Virus record (IMG/VR): IMGVR_UViG_3300042876_000313
Location: 1-64,000 of that record
Reading direction: 5' to 3' (one strand)
DNA: 64,000 bases
From: a virus
Shown here: one piece after another, positions 45,363-55,965 of the stretch
How positions within the stretch are numbered: position 1 is the stretch's first letter
Layout of the letters: every line of letters begins with the position of its first letter
Position numbers and translations under genes: made by a program
The notes under the pieces: generated by a model
Told to the model about the DNA's origin: nothing
What the model saw: the letters and a program-made list of their open reading frames with translations, nothing else
The model's database searches: none

Positions 45363-45647
45363 ATGAGAAACCCGCTGACCCTTGTGCCGTTGACCGATCA
45401 CGACAAGACCGCGCTGGCCGCATTGCAGGCCAACGAAGGTTTCAAAGTCCTGATGGCTTGTCTCAAGGCTGAGTTGGATTATTACCTGCTGAATGGCTCC
45501 TACGTTCGCGTGGATACTCCAACGCCAAACGGGAAAGATGAAGCGGAAGGGTTTTTCCAAAGTGCAGTACAGTACAAGGCCACCATAGAAACCATAGAAA
45601 ACACCATAAAAACACCCAGAGCAAAGGAGATAAAATATGCCAGTTGA
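45363..45647 (+). CDS. Small head-module protein
   Basis: Typical short helical ORF between portal and scaffold. Confidence 0.6.
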   Translation: MRNPLTLVPLTDHDKTALAALQANEGFKVLMACLKAELDYYLLNGSYVRVDTPTPNGKDEAEGFFQSAVQYKATIETIENTIKTPRAKEIKYAS

Positions 45648-47061
45648 AGCACCCGCACCGCCTGCTGTTCAAACCCCGCCGCCCGCGCCGACGCCCGCGC
45701 CGTCCAAGGTGTCGCCGGAATTCTTGAAGCGAGCCGGTATTCTGCCGAAGGAACCGCCGAAGCCCGCCGAACCGCCGCCCGTCCCGGAGCCGGTCGAACC
45801 GCCACCCCCGGCGGAACCGCCCCAACCAACGCCCACGCCCACTGACCAGACTCCCCCGGAGCCGAAGCCGCAGAAGAAACCCCCGAAGGTCGCCAAGGGA
45901 TACGCGCAGCCGCCCCAGGCCACGATTGAGCAGATCACCGCCGCCGCGACCGCCGCCGCTACCGCCGCCGTCAAGGCCACGCAGCCGCAGCCCGCGCCGC
46001 CCCCGGAGTTGAACCCGGAAGATCAGCGGCAAATCCAGGTGTACGAGGTCATGGCCAAGATGAATCCAGACAAGTACAAGGATTTGCCGGCCAACGCCAC
46101 GAAGTACATCCATGAACTCGACCAGCGCGAAACCGAATGGCGCCGGGATCACCCGGATGCCACCGAGGAATTCGATGTTGACGGTTCAATCGCCGCCGCG
46201 CTCGAAAAGAAGTACAAGCTGGAATTCGCGGAACACGACTTCCGGGATGCCGAGATCGAATCGCGCATCGCCCCGGTGAAGGCCGAACTCGAAACCACGC
46301 GCAAGAAGCTGGCCGAGGCGGAAACTGCCATCTCCACCGAGGCCGTGCAGGAAACCATGCAGAAAGCCGTCAGCGAGGCCAAGGCCGTGCTGGTGGAAGA
46401 ACTTGGGTTCAAGGACGCCGACATTAAAAAGTTGGTGGAAGATGAACCTTACGTCGGCGAGATCGTGCAGAGGGAATTGCAAGCCATTGAAAACACCGTG
46501 GCCGCCGCGCACATTGCCTTCGCCGGTGGAAGCCACCCGAACGCCAACCAAATTGGTCAGCTTTGCAAAGATTACGAGGATGCCATGATGCAGTTGCCGC
46601 CGGATGAGCAGCGCGACGAGAACAACCGGCAGTTCATCACCCGCGCCCAATACCTGCGGCTCCCGGATGACCAGCGCCGGGCGATTGACAGCGGGACGCA
46701 CCAATCGTACTGGGGCATGAACGCGCCCACAGCAGCGGCCATCGGCACGCAAATCATCAAGGAACGCGCCAAGAAGATGGTCGAAGCCGAGAAGGAGCGT
46801 GCTGCCAAGTATTTGGAGAAGCACGGCGTCAAGAAGGCTGCCGCGCCCGCCCCGGCGCCAACCCCGCCCCCGGCACGGCCTACCCCGGCACCGACCCCCG
46901 CCCCGCCGCCGCGTCGGCAGGTGTCACCGCCGTCAACCAACCCGTCGTCGGCAGCGGCCCCGAACACGGCAGGCAACCAGGTTGCGCCTGAATTCAAGAA
47001 GCGATTCCTCTCGAACGCCAATTTTGGTTCTGGTGCAATGCCAGCGGTTGGGACTTCATAA
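45637..47061 (+). CDS. Capsid scaffolding protein
   Basis: Pro-rich termini and acidic coiled coil; precedes the major capsid gene. Confidence 0.65.
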   Translation: MPVEAPAPPAVQTPPPAPTPAPSKVSPEFLKRAGILPKEPPKPAEPPPVPEPVEPPPPAEPPQPTPTPTDQTPPEPKPQKKPPKVAKGYAQPPQATIEQITAAATAAATAAVKATQPQPAPPPELNPEDQRQIQVYEVMAKMNPDKYKDLPANATKYIHELDQRETEWRRDHPDATEEFDVDGSIAAALEKKYKLEFAEHDFRDAEIESRIAPVKAELETTRKKLAEAETAISTEAVQETMQKAVSEAKAVLVEELGFKDADIKKLVEDEPYVGEIVQRELQAIENTVAAAHIAFAGGSHPNANQIGQLCKDYEDAMMQLPPDEQRDENNRQFITRAQYLRLPDDQRRAIDSGTHQSYWGMNAPTAAAIGTQIIKERAKKMVEAEKERAAKYLEKHGVKKAAAPAPAPTPPPARPTPAPTPAPPPRRQVSPPSTNPSSAAAPNTAGNQVAPEFKKRFLSNANFGSGAMPAVGTS

Positions 47062-47089
47062 TGTTGTCCATCAACCTTTTGTTGTAGAG

Positions 47090-47125
47090 AACGGCGGGAA
47101 AATTGAATCCCGCCGTTTCCTTTTT
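47090..47125 (+). terminator. Rho-independent terminator-like hairpin
   Basis: ACGGCGGGA-N8-TCCCGCCGT-TTCCTTTTT. Confidence 0.6.
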
Positions 47126-47181
47126 ACCAAGTGGCCATGTGGTTTTACGCTGTTGGTGTCGAACAAAAATATTGAAAAAAT

Positions 47182-48903
47182 ATGGCTACCACAGACATCT
47201 TTGCAAGTTGCCTCCCGGCAATCCGAACCAACGTCGCAACCTGCGGTGCAGTGACCATCTGCGATGCCGCAATTCCAGCCCCGGCTGACCTGGACACGAT
47301 CTTCAAATCAAGCGGTGATTACCGCTTGAATGAGGCGCTGTTCCATTACCAGTTGGAGGCGAACATGTGCCAGGCCCGCCAGAGCAACCTGTTCAACTTC
47401 CTGATGGCGTCCTCGATGAATCTGTCGAAGAAAATCTCGATGGACAAACTGAACAGCGGCCTGCTCCAAATCAAGCCCTACGTGATGATGAAGCGCAAGG
47501 GCGAGGTGGACAACAACAACTGGCGCGGCACGGGCGGCCAGGCCAGCGGAAACAACTGGCAGATGGATTTCACCAGCGGCACCAACATCCCGGCCAATGC
47601 TGGTTTCTTCAATGCGGGCGAGCGCGTGTTCATCCGGGGCATCACCGCCAACGGCACCTCGACGAATACGGCGTGGATCATCGTCAGTTCTTCGGTGGTC
47701 GGCCAGGCGGTGCGGGTCATTATGACCAGCCAGAACACCAACTCCAATCTGGCGGCTGCCCGGTTGGCGTCGCCGGTCGCGGGCGTGGCGGTGCTTGGAA
47801 CGGCCAACATCAGCGACTTTGAATCCTGGTGCAATCAGGAACCCGGCCTCATCAACACCACCTACGAGCCGTACTGGACTGAGACTGTCCGGGCGAGTTC
47901 GTGCCAGGAGGAACTGTACGACCAGTGGCGCGAGCAGATCATGGCCGGCAACGCCATGTACCGGGAACTGTACGACCTCGACACCATCACCTACAACCGG
48001 CAGATGGCCGAGAGTTGGAAGCGTCGGTGGATGAACACCATTTTCTACTCCAAGGCTCTGGCCAACCAGACATTGGCCGACATGGCCAGCTTGGACGACA
48101 TCAACGCGGTGCTGTGGGATTGGGCGGCGGAAACCGAAACCACCCCCGATGGCTATGTCCGCACCAGCGCGGCCCGGTGCGTGGGCAAGAAGGCGAACGT
48201 CGTGGGCATCTACGAGCAGATGGCCAAGTGCGAGCGCGTCCGCGACCTGCAAGGCGGGGTCATCAACCTGCCGGCCCTGTTCCGCGAGTTCTACAAGATC
48301 AAACGCATCCGCGAGGCCACCGGCCACCCGAACCCCCGCGTGTTCGAGTTGTTCATGCCGGAATCGTACATGGTCGCCTGGCAGACGGCGCTGCTGTCCT
48401 ACTTCAAGGGCCGCTCGCTGGACATGATGCGCCTGAACGAGAATCTGGCCGCGAACGTCGAGCAGTCCCCGATGGGCTTCCGCTACCGGAAATTCCAGTT
48501 GGACTACCCCGACATCGAACTCAGGCTTGTCACCGACAATTATTTCACCGACGAGATGGCCGAGTTCGAGGCCCAGGCCGCCGCCCTTGGCGCCGGGTAC
48601 GAAGGTCTGGCCAACGTGGGCCGGAAGGTTTGGCTGATGGACTGGTCGAACACCTACGTCGGCATCATCGGCAGCGACCGCGTTACCCATCGCTCTGGCG
48701 ACATCCAGACCCTCGCCGCCGTTGACCCGTCGTACATGTGCGTGATGAAGGTTCCGCGCAAGACGGTGACGCTGACCTCGACCCAGTACACGGTGGTCGT
48801 GGAGTGCCCGGCTGCCGGCCTGATCCTGGAAAACATGAGCGGTGCCGCCCCGATCTACGATCAGGACGACGGCAGCGACTACGGCGACAACCCGGCGGCG
48901 TAA
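47182..48903 (+). CDS. Major capsid protein (HK97 fold with insertion domain)
   Basis: Position after scaffold, strongest GC3 codon bias in the window, 573 aa with a beta-rich insertion. Confidence 0.75.
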   Translation: MATTDIFASCLPAIRTNVATCGAVTICDAAIPAPADLDTIFKSSGDYRLNEALFHYQLEANMCQARQSNLFNFLMASSMNLSKKISMDKLNSGLLQIKPYVMMKRKGEVDNNNWRGTGGQASGNNWQMDFTSGTNIPANAGFFNAGERVFIRGITANGTSTNTAWIIVSSSVVGQAVRVIMTSQNTNSNLAAARLASPVAGVAVLGTANISDFESWCNQEPGLINTTYEPYWTETVRASSCQEELYDQWREQIMAGNAMYRELYDLDTITYNRQMAESWKRRWMNTIFYSKALANQTLADMASLDDINAVLWDWAAETETTPDGYVRTSAARCVGKKANVVGIYEQMAKCERVRDLQGGVINLPALFREFYKIKRIREATGHPNPRVFELFMPESYMVAWQTALLSYFKGRSLDMMRLNENLAANVEQSPMGFRYRKFQLDYPDIELRLVTDNYFTDEMAEFEAQAAALGAGYEGLANVGRKVWLMDWSNTYVGIIGSDRVTHRSGDIQTLAAVDPSYMCVMKVPRKTVTLTSTQYTVVVECPAAGLILENMSGAAPIYDQDDGSDYGDNPAA

Positions 48904-48945
48904 GGCTGGCTGGTGAACCAATCTGAAATTTAACAGAAAACGAAT

Positions 48946-49461
48946 ATGAAAAAACTGAGTATCATTGCGGTTCTGGCCTTGACCACGGTGTTTGCGTCCG
49001 CGCAATACTTCGCGGGCACGTCGCCGAAAGCGTTTAACGTCATCCCGAACAACGAGGGGACGCCTATTGTCGTCACCCTGTTTGGCACGAATGTCGTGAC
49101 CAATGCCACTACGCGGGCCTTGACCACGCCGACTTCGGCCATCGAAATCCCAGGTGGCCGTGACGTGGGGATTCTATTGCAGGGCACGATCATCACGAAC
49201 AACGCCGACGTGACGGTGAACTACCAGTTGTCGCCGGACAATGCGAACTGGACGTGGCCGCCGCTGACCATTACGCCCGGCGTTATTTCATCGAACGCAT
49301 CGCCGACCTTCAAGGTGCCGGTGACGCTATCGAACTCGGTGACGTACCCGTTCCGATATTTCCGGGTCTATTCGGCGACGGCAGGCACGAACAGCCTCTA
49401 CCTGTCGAACGCCATCGTCGTTTACAAGTCGAACCCGCAGAACAACAATTATAGCCGGTGA
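48946..49461 (+). CDS. Signal-peptide-bearing beta-sandwich protein (decoration-like)
   Basis: MKKLSIIAVLALTTVFASA-Q; YQLSPDNANW...RYFRV. Confidence 0.6.
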   Translation: MKKLSIIAVLALTTVFASAQYFAGTSPKAFNVIPNNEGTPIVVTLFGTNVVTNATTRALTTPTSAIEIPGGRDVGILLQGTIITNNADVTVNYQLSPDNANWTWPPLTITPGVISSNASPTFKVPVTLSNSVTYPFRYFRVYSATAGTNSLYLSNAIVVYKSNPQNNNYSR

Positions 49462-49491
49462 CGTAATACAGGTACGGCTTTGTAATTCAGC

Positions 49492-49520
49492 TTGACTCTC
49501 CCGCTCAAGGCTCGTACCTT
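49492..49520 (+). promoter_or_regulatory. Promoter TTGACT-N17-TACCTT; CGTAATACA site at 49462-49470
   Basis: Correct spacing; embedded in a CTCCCGC/GCGGGAG inverted repeat. Confidence 0.5.
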
Positions 49521-49552
49521 GGCGGGAGAATTCATTTACAAACACGAATGAT

Positions 49553-50062
49553 ATGAAATACTTCCTCAAGGAAATTGTTCAAAACCCAATTCGCACGCAC
49601 GGCCCGGATGGCAAGCTGATCGTCTGGGAGAAGCTTGGCCAGCATTACGGGGTTCTGGCCCTGGAAGATGCCGACCCAGTGGCCGCGTTTCTGACTGATC
49701 TGGCCGGCAAACACATCATGGGCGTGTCCGTAATCACCGCCGAGGGGTACGAGGACTTAAAAAAAAACATGCCCTACGTGCCTCCCAAGCCCAAGGCGCA
49801 GCAGGAAATAAGGCTGTTGGACTTGAACTTGCCCAAGTCGAAGCGATCACCGGAACCCAAAGCGCAGCCCGTCCTGACCCCACCCACCGATCCGTTACAA
49901 GAACATGTCCGCGCTGCCACGGCACGGGCACTTGCCGCCAATGCGGCGGGAAAAGGAAGTGCTACAAGTGCGGCGGTCGCGGCTACCTCTGAGCAGCCGG
50001 CCTCGGAATATTTCAAGCCCAAGGTGGGTCGCCCTCGACTTCCGAAAACTGAAAGCGAGTAA
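49553..50062 (+). CDS. Hypothetical protein
   Basis: Head-module ORF ending in KVGRPR. Confidence 0.6.
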   Translation: MKYFLKEIVQNPIRTHGPDGKLIVWEKLGQHYGVLALEDADPVAAFLTDLAGKHIMGVSVITAEGYEDLKKNMPYVPPKPKAQQEIRLLDLNLPKSKRSPEPKAQPVLTPPTDPLQEHVRAATARALAANAAGKGSATSAAVAATSEQPASEYFKPKVGRPRLPKTESE

Positions 50063-50065
50063 CCA

Positions 50066-51700
50066 ATGACGTTCGCCGAACTCCATGCCGCGTCCAAGGC
50101 CAACAACTTCCCGGACGGCCTGCCGTCGAACCTGCGGAACCAGTATCGCAACGCCGTGACGGACGCCCTGATCGCCGCGCAGAAGTATTGCAAGACCGTG
50201 GACGGCGAGGAAGCGTACTACCAGCAGCGGCACATTGACCGATTCCCGTTCTGCTCGACCTACTTCAACTGCGGTGCGACGGTGGTGCCGGCCCCCAACG
50301 GGCGCGTCTTGGAGGTCTATACGGTCGTGGACGGCTTGGAGTGCTGCCGGGTGGATTACACGCCGGTCGCCAACTTCTCGGAATTCCGCCAGTGGATCGC
50401 CCGGTGGACGGAATCATGGACGGAACCGCCGAACGTCGGGATGCCCAAGGTTCAGCCGGGGTTCAAGTTCTCCGAAGCCGTGACCGACAAGGCGATGGGG
50501 CGGGCCGGGTACGGCCATTACTTCATCCATAACCGGAAGATTTTCATCGGGCCGCGCATCGAGAGCGACGAGATCGTGGTGGTGGAATGGGCTGGGTTGA
50601 AGCAATCCTTCGATGACGCCGACATTGTGACCGATGACATTGACCGGGAGTTGGCCCGGTACACCGAACTGTACGCCGCCCATGAGGTCTGGTCCCGGTT
50701 CATGCAGGACACCCAGCAGGCCGGGGTTTTCTTCGCCAAACAGCGGGACGCCATGATCGAACTGATTTCTTCGGCGCAAGACAAGCTGCTGGCGAACAAG
50801 CGCAAGGCTCAATTCCCGTCTCCCCGGTCGGTGGGCGGCTGCGGGTGTCTGTCGAACGAGTGCCGGGTAGTTGCCCCGGCGGCGGACTTCGGCGGCGTTA
50901 CGGCAGCGGCCAACGAGCGGGTTATCGCGTTCACATCCGACATCCAGAACGAGAACGACGCCTTGCTGACCGAGGAACAGTTGGTCGAGACTCTGATTAC
51001 CGGGTGGACGCCGGACGCCATCGTGTTCGGGGGCGACCTTCGGGAAGGCACCTACACCTACCAGGAGATGTTCACCGACATGACTGGGTATGCGGGGTTC
51101 TTGGAGCGCACGGATGCCGCCACGAACCGACTGTGGCCGGTGCTGGGCAACCACGACTGGACGGATGCTGGCGGGCTGCTGGAATGGTACTCGTACTTCC
51201 AGATGTTGCCGAACAACCAGCGGTACTACGAATTTGTCGTTGGGGCAGTCCATTTCTTCGCGCTATCGGGGTACGCCTCGGAGCCGGACGGGATCACTTC
51301 GACATCCCCCCAGGCCGAATGGCTGCGGGTCAAGCTGGCCGCGAGCAACGCCAAATGGAAAGTGGTACTGATCCATCAGCCGCCGTACTCGTCATTGGCC
51401 GGGTATGACGGCACGGTGTACCGCTGGCCGTTCAAGCTGTGGGGCGCTGATCTGCTGATTACCGGGCACGTCCACGCCTACGAACGCTTCCTCGAAGCCG
51501 GGCTGCCAATCATCACCTGCGGTCTGGGCGGCGAAGAACCGCTGGACACGCTGGGCGCACCCATCGCCGGGAGCTTGTACCAGCATGATACAACGCACGG
51601 GGCCGTTCGGATGGTGGCGGGTTGTGACCGGCTGGTGTGCGAATTTTACCCGGTGAACACCACGACGCCCGTTGACACTTTGACCCTGACAAAACCATGA
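50066..51700 (+). CDS. Head-tail adaptor-like domain fused to a calcineurin-like metallophosphoesterase
   Basis: N-terminus MTFAEL...YFIHNRKIFIGP; C-terminus TSD, GGD, GNHD, HQPPY and GHVHAYER. Confidence 0.8.
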   Translation: MTFAELHAASKANNFPDGLPSNLRNQYRNAVTDALIAAQKYCKTVDGEEAYYQQRHIDRFPFCSTYFNCGATVVPAPNGRVLEVYTVVDGLECCRVDYTPVANFSEFRQWIARWTESWTEPPNVGMPKVQPGFKFSEAVTDKAMGRAGYGHYFIHNRKIFIGPRIESDEIVVVEWAGLKQSFDDADIVTDDIDRELARYTELYAAHEVWSRFMQDTQQAGVFFAKQRDAMIELISSAQDKLLANKRKAQFPSPRSVGGCGCLSNECRVVAPAADFGGVTAAANERVIAFTSDIQNENDALLTEEQLVETLITGWTPDAIVFGGDLREGTYTYQEMFTDMTGYAGFLERTDAATNRLWPVLGNHDWTDAGGLLEWYSYFQMLPNNQRYYEFVVGAVHFFALSGYASEPDGITSTSPQAEWLRVKLAASNAKWKVVLIHQPPYSSLAGYDGTVYRWPFKLWGADLLITGHVHAYERFLEAGLPIITCGLGGEEPLDTLGAPIAGSLYQHDTTHGAVRMVAGCDRLVCEFYPVNTTTPVDTLTLTKP

Positions 51701-53736
51701 AATGGGAAACCGTAACCGACGCCCCGTGCAATAACGTGCCGACCAGCGCGAGCGACGTGGAGTGCCAGAATCAGGCCGATGGCGATTCACCGGGCAACGG
51801 GCCGTATGATGCGCCCATGCTGATTATCAAGCCCGCCTACGCCGTGGTGCAGGCCGGGGACACGTTGCAATACGAGACTTTCCTTGTCCAGAACGGCGTC
51901 GAACAGCAAATCAACTCCGGGCTGACGTACACCTCCAATCATCCGGGAATGGCTCAGATCGGCGTCGAGAGCGGTAACGCGGTCGGCCTGGCGGAAGGCA
52001 CCGTGACCATTACCGTGTCATGGGGAGGCATGTTCGCTTCGGCTCAACTGCTGGTGGTCGAGTCCTGTTCGGATACCACGACGGCCATGATGCTGCTGAT
52101 GGACGTTTCGCCTTCGATGGGCCAGGCGATGCCGGGGTACGGCACGAAGCTGACCTTCGCCAAGATGGCGGCTTTGCGGATGAGCAATGAACTGAACGTG
52201 GCCAAGGACTCGATGTTGCTCAGTCAATTCGCAGCGGCCTACGCCGGGGTGGTGGCCGAAACGGTGGACAAGCCGCTGATGGCGACGGCGATCAACTCGC
52301 TGGCCATCGTCAACACGCAGGAAACGAACCTGCTGTCGTCCGTACAATCGGCCTGCCAGGATTTGAACGGAACCGCCGCCACCATCAAAGTGTTGGTGGT
52401 AATCACGGATGGCGTGTGCAAGGAGATCGGCGATCCCACGGTGCCCAACCTGCTGGCGCAGATTGCAGCGACCGGCGTGGTGGTCATGGTGCTGGGCGTG
52501 CGTGCGTCTGGTGACGGGTTCAGCCTGCTTGAACTGCTGGCGACCGGCGGGTTCATGGGCAACGCCTACGACCTTTGGACGGGCCAGAACGCCTTGGACT
52601 TGATGAGCGGGCTGAAAGGCTACCTGTGTGCCGGCGGGTGCAATTCGACCGAGCCGTACACCATCAATCAGGGCGTGGCGGAATACACCGGGTTTGCCAA
52701 CTGGGATGTCGCGTCTGGCAAGGTTGACTTGTTCGGGAATGGCTTCATGGATTTCTTACCGGGGAATGGTCTGTACGTCAATCTGGCGGGAATTGGGACT
52801 GAGGACGGGCCGCTGGCGTTCGCCTATCAGTGGGTGATCTCGGCGCTGCCGATGAACATCAACACGCTCGAAGGACCGAACACGCCGTCAGTTTCGTTTG
52901 CGACTCCCAAGATCGTGGACGGCATCCGCGTGCGAACGTCCCTGTACGATTACAGCGGGACGCCAATTTCGGATTATGCCGCCGGGAAGCTCAAGCAGTT
53001 CTCGGTTTACGGAACCAACGGGCCAATGCCAGGGACGCTCATCAAGACGTTCATCCTGGACTGCACGGATGTCGTTGGGTTGAACAACCTCATCGGCCCG
53101 GCGTCCAACACCATCCTGCACCTTGGCAACAACACGGCGTACACCTCGTTCTACATCCAACTCCAAGACGCCTGCGGGGCTGAAACTGCGGTGGTCGTGA
53201 ACTCGGTTGACTGGTACACCAAGGCCGTGGCCAACGTGCCGTCCAACGGGCGGCTGGTTACGAAGGTGGCGGTTGTCTCGGTGGCCAATGCGGAATACTG
53301 GCTGACCGTGCGACTGGCCGGGAACCAGCGGGCGGAAGCGTATGCCGACCAAGTGCGGATTCGCGTGGGGCCGGTGGGCGGCCCGTATGCGCTGGACGAA
53401 CTGGTGACGGTTCCGTGGGATCAGCCGTTCGAGAGCCAGGTTTTCAGCTTTTTCGCCGACGTGGTGCCTGAGAATTGGTACGTGTCAATCGAGCAGGTGT
53501 CAACGGCGACGGCGGGCGCGGGAATCCTGTTGGATTCAGTGAAGCTTGAGCAAGTCTGGCCGGTGTCGGCGGATGTGTTCGATTTCGGGTTTGATGCGGA
53601 GAACCCGCAGGTCATCCAGCCGCCGTGCCCATCGGCCTACGCCTACATCTACACGAACTGCGGCGGGTACGGTTGTCTGGACAATCCACCAGGGGCGCAA
53701 TCGCCCGACCCGAATCCCCTGCCGAAACTCGAATAA
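51697..53736 (+). CDS. Virion protein with Ig-like, vWA and carbohydrate-binding-like domains
   Basis: LAEGTVTITVSW (Big_2-like); MIDAS DVSPSM, TNL and VVITDG. Confidence 0.75.
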   Translation: MKWETVTDAPCNNVPTSASDVECQNQADGDSPGNGPYDAPMLIIKPAYAVVQAGDTLQYETFLVQNGVEQQINSGLTYTSNHPGMAQIGVESGNAVGLAEGTVTITVSWGGMFASAQLLVVESCSDTTTAMMLLMDVSPSMGQAMPGYGTKLTFAKMAALRMSNELNVAKDSMLLSQFAAAYAGVVAETVDKPLMATAINSLAIVNTQETNLLSSVQSACQDLNGTAATIKVLVVITDGVCKEIGDPTVPNLLAQIAATGVVVMVLGVRASGDGFSLLELLATGGFMGNAYDLWTGQNALDLMSGLKGYLCAGGCNSTEPYTINQGVAEYTGFANWDVASGKVDLFGNGFMDFLPGNGLYVNLAGIGTEDGPLAFAYQWVISALPMNINTLEGPNTPSVSFATPKIVDGIRVRTSLYDYSGTPISDYAAGKLKQFSVYGTNGPMPGTLIKTFILDCTDVVGLNNLIGPASNTILHLGNNTAYTSFYIQLQDACGAETAVVVNSVDWYTKAVANVPSNGRLVTKVAVVSVANAEYWLTVRLAGNQRAEAYADQVRIRVGPVGGPYALDELVTVPWDQPFESQVFSFFADVVPENWYVSIEQVSTATAGAGILLDSVKLEQVWPVSADVFDFGFDAENPQVIQPPCPSAYAYIYTNCGGYGCLDNPPGAQSPDPNPLPKLE

Positions 53737-53768
53737 TCGGCCCCGCAAATATTTCTTGAAAAAACCTG

Positions 53769-53804
53769 TTGACAGGTTGTGTTGCATGTAATATTTGTAT
53801 TACA
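53769..53804 (+). promoter_or_regulatory. Promoter TTGACA-N17-TATTTG overlapped by inverted repeat TGTAATA-N4-TATTACA
   Basis: Read directly; drives the glycosylation cluster. Confidence 0.6.
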
Positions 53805-53808
53805 GCAA

Positions 53809-54111
53809 ATGAAAACATCGCTTTATGGAATCGTCAAATTGAAGGGTTTTCCAACAAAACCCGGAAAATATTACCGCTCGCTTGGTTGCTACAAAGTCCA
53901 TGATTTTGTCTTGGTTACAAAATCCATTGACGGAAGATTGCTGGCGACCCATTGCGGTGCAAACTTCCCAACTAAAAAACCTGCCACATGTGGATGTAAT
54001 TGGGTCTTGGACATGACTGGAAAATGGGTTTCCGTTTCCGTTTTTCCTTGGGAACTCAACGCCAAGTCCGCCAACGAACTTCTGGAAACCTGCAAGAAAC
54101 TAACCGCATAA
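53809..54111 (+). CDS. Hypothetical protein
   Basis: First ORF after the promoter. Confidence 0.5.
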   Translation: MKTSLYGIVKLKGFPTKPGKYYRSLGCYKVHDFVLVTKSIDGRLLATHCGANFPTKKPATCGCNWVLDMTGKWVSVSVFPWELNAKSANELLETCKKLTA

Positions 54112-55152
54112 ATGAAACGCATAACTTTAGTCGCGCCGATAAACACCTACACGGGATTTGGGCAAATCGCGCTTGAGATGTTCCGTAGGCTTGAGCAGCA
54201 GGGATATTTCGTGACCATTCGCAAGACCGGGTTTTCGGAAGCCTTTGGAGCGCGGGTTCCGCTCGAAGTCAAATCGCGCTTCGTGGCCGGCCCGCAGGCG
54301 GAAGATTGGGAGATTGCCATGCAGTCCTTGAACTACCGCTGCACACCGGGCAAAAAGACGGTCTTATTCTCGATGTGGGAGACGACCACCATCCCGCCGG
54401 GAGCAAAGGAGTTGGTGAACGAGGCCACGGTAATCGTTGTCCCGTGCCAATGGAACGCCTCCTGTTTTTCCGCGTGCGGGGTGACGAAGCCGATCCGCGT
54501 TGTGCCGCTTGGAATTGACCCGAAAATCTACTCGATGAAACTGAACACCAACGCGACTGGTGGGCCGTTCAAGTTTGGCTGCGCCGGAAGATGGTTTCAC
54601 GGGGCTGAGCGCAAAGGCATCAACGAGACGGTGGCCTTGTTCCAGCGGGCGTTTGAAGGCAACCCGGATGTTCGGTTGGAGTGCAAGATTTTCGCCGATT
54701 GCCCGTCGCCAGAACTGGCCGATGACCGGATCACGTTCCACAAGGTTTTCTGGTCGGACGAGCAGTTGGCCGCGTGGTATGCGTCACTGGATTGCTTCGT
54801 GTCGCTGGCCACGGGCGAGGGCTGGGGGCTGCACCAGCAGCAGGCGATGGCGATTGGGCGCCCGTTGATCTCTCCAAAGTTCGGAGGGGTGGCTGAGTTC
54901 TTCGACGACCGTGCGGGTTATCCCGTGCGGTTCAACTTGGAGCCGGTGCCGCAGCCGAATCGGTTCCGGTACATTGGTCACTGGTCAAAGTGCGATGACG
55001 ATTCGGTGATTGAGCAGATGCGTTATGCGGCGTCTCACCGGATGGAGAGCGAGCAGAAGGGCCAGGAAGCCGCGAGATTGGCCGGGCGGTTTACCTGGGA
55101 CAACTTCGGCCTTGAACTTGGCAAGGTGATGGATGAATTTGGAGTACAATGA
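54112..55152 (+). CDS. Glycosyltransferase, GT4 / GT-B fold
   Basis: MWETT, VVPLGID, ERKG and DCFVSLATGEGWGL...AMAIG.P.I. Confidence 0.9.
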   Translation: MKRITLVAPINTYTGFGQIALEMFRRLEQQGYFVTIRKTGFSEAFGARVPLEVKSRFVAGPQAEDWEIAMQSLNYRCTPGKKTVLFSMWETTTIPPGAKELVNEATVIVVPCQWNASCFSACGVTKPIRVVPLGIDPKIYSMKLNTNATGGPFKFGCAGRWFHGAERKGINETVALFQRAFEGNPDVRLECKIFADCPSPELADDRITFHKVFWSDEQLAAWYASLDCFVSLATGEGWGLHQQQAMAIGRPLISPKFGGVAEFFDDRAGYPVRFNLEPVPQPNRFRYIGHWSKCDDDSVIEQMRYAASHRMESEQKGQEAARLAGRFTWDNFGLELGKVMDEFGVQ

Positions 55153-55569
55153 ACGCTTTTGATTTCACCCGGTCAAAGCAAGCTGACACAGTATTACCAG
55201 TGGGTCGCGCCGTCCCGCTTTGCGGACAACGGAGAAACGCGATCTGCCGAAACCGGGAGGAAAGGCTGGCGGCTTTTATCCGCGCATCCAGCGTGGCTGC
55301 CAGCCAATCAATTTTATGAACCTGCGAGAGAAATTTAGCAATCCACGATTCGAGCAAGATCACTTTCGAGCGCGACAGTTGGCGAGCGATTGTGACCATG
55401 TTCAGTTGACCGAGATCGCGGCTCAGGCTTTGATTCTCCATGAGATGCTGCATGAGAACTGCGGAACCACGGATGAATGGCCGCTGGACTTGGTTGCGCG
55501 TGACGAGGAATCCGCCAAAAAACTGGTCGCAACACTTGAAGATTTGCAGGAAGCTTTGGAGGGTAAAAT

Positions 55570-55965
55570 ATGAATACCGCTGATAAAATTGACATCATGC
55601 AGGCGTACCTTCGTGGTGCAGAACTTCAAATGAAAGGCCCGAAGGAAAACGATTGGAGCGACTGGCCAAGGGAAGTGTGCAGTGACCCAACGTGGACATG
55701 GGGCACGAATGATTACCGGATTAAACCGGCATTAGAGTTCGTTCCACTTGGGCCAGACGACATAAATCTAGCAGCCAATGTGGTTTATAAGCACAGGTGC
55801 GACCTGGATCAACACTCCCAATGCAGAATCGGATCAAAAACCACACATGTTGTTTGGATGTCAAACGCCACAGTTGGAATATCGTTTGCGGAGTTGCGAG
55901 CCAACTATATGCGCTCATTTGACGGCGGTAAAACTTGGGAAAAATGCGAAAAGAAAAAACCATGA
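55570..55965 (+). CDS. Conserved phage hypothetical protein
   Basis: IDIMQAYLRG...PTWTW...DYRIKP. Confidence 0.65.
   Translation: MNTADKIDIMQAYLRGAELQMKGPKENDWSDWPREVCSDPTWTWGTNDYRIKPALEFVPLGPDDINLAANVVYKHRCDLDQHSQCRIGSKTTHVVWMSNATVGISFAELRANYMRSFDGGKTWEKCEKKKP

Noticed and set aside
42759-49005. Long antisense ORFs (42759-44822, 47308-49005; likewise 12283-13647 and 31791-32828)
   Set aside because: Shadow frames of high-GC3 genes with no recognisable motifs.
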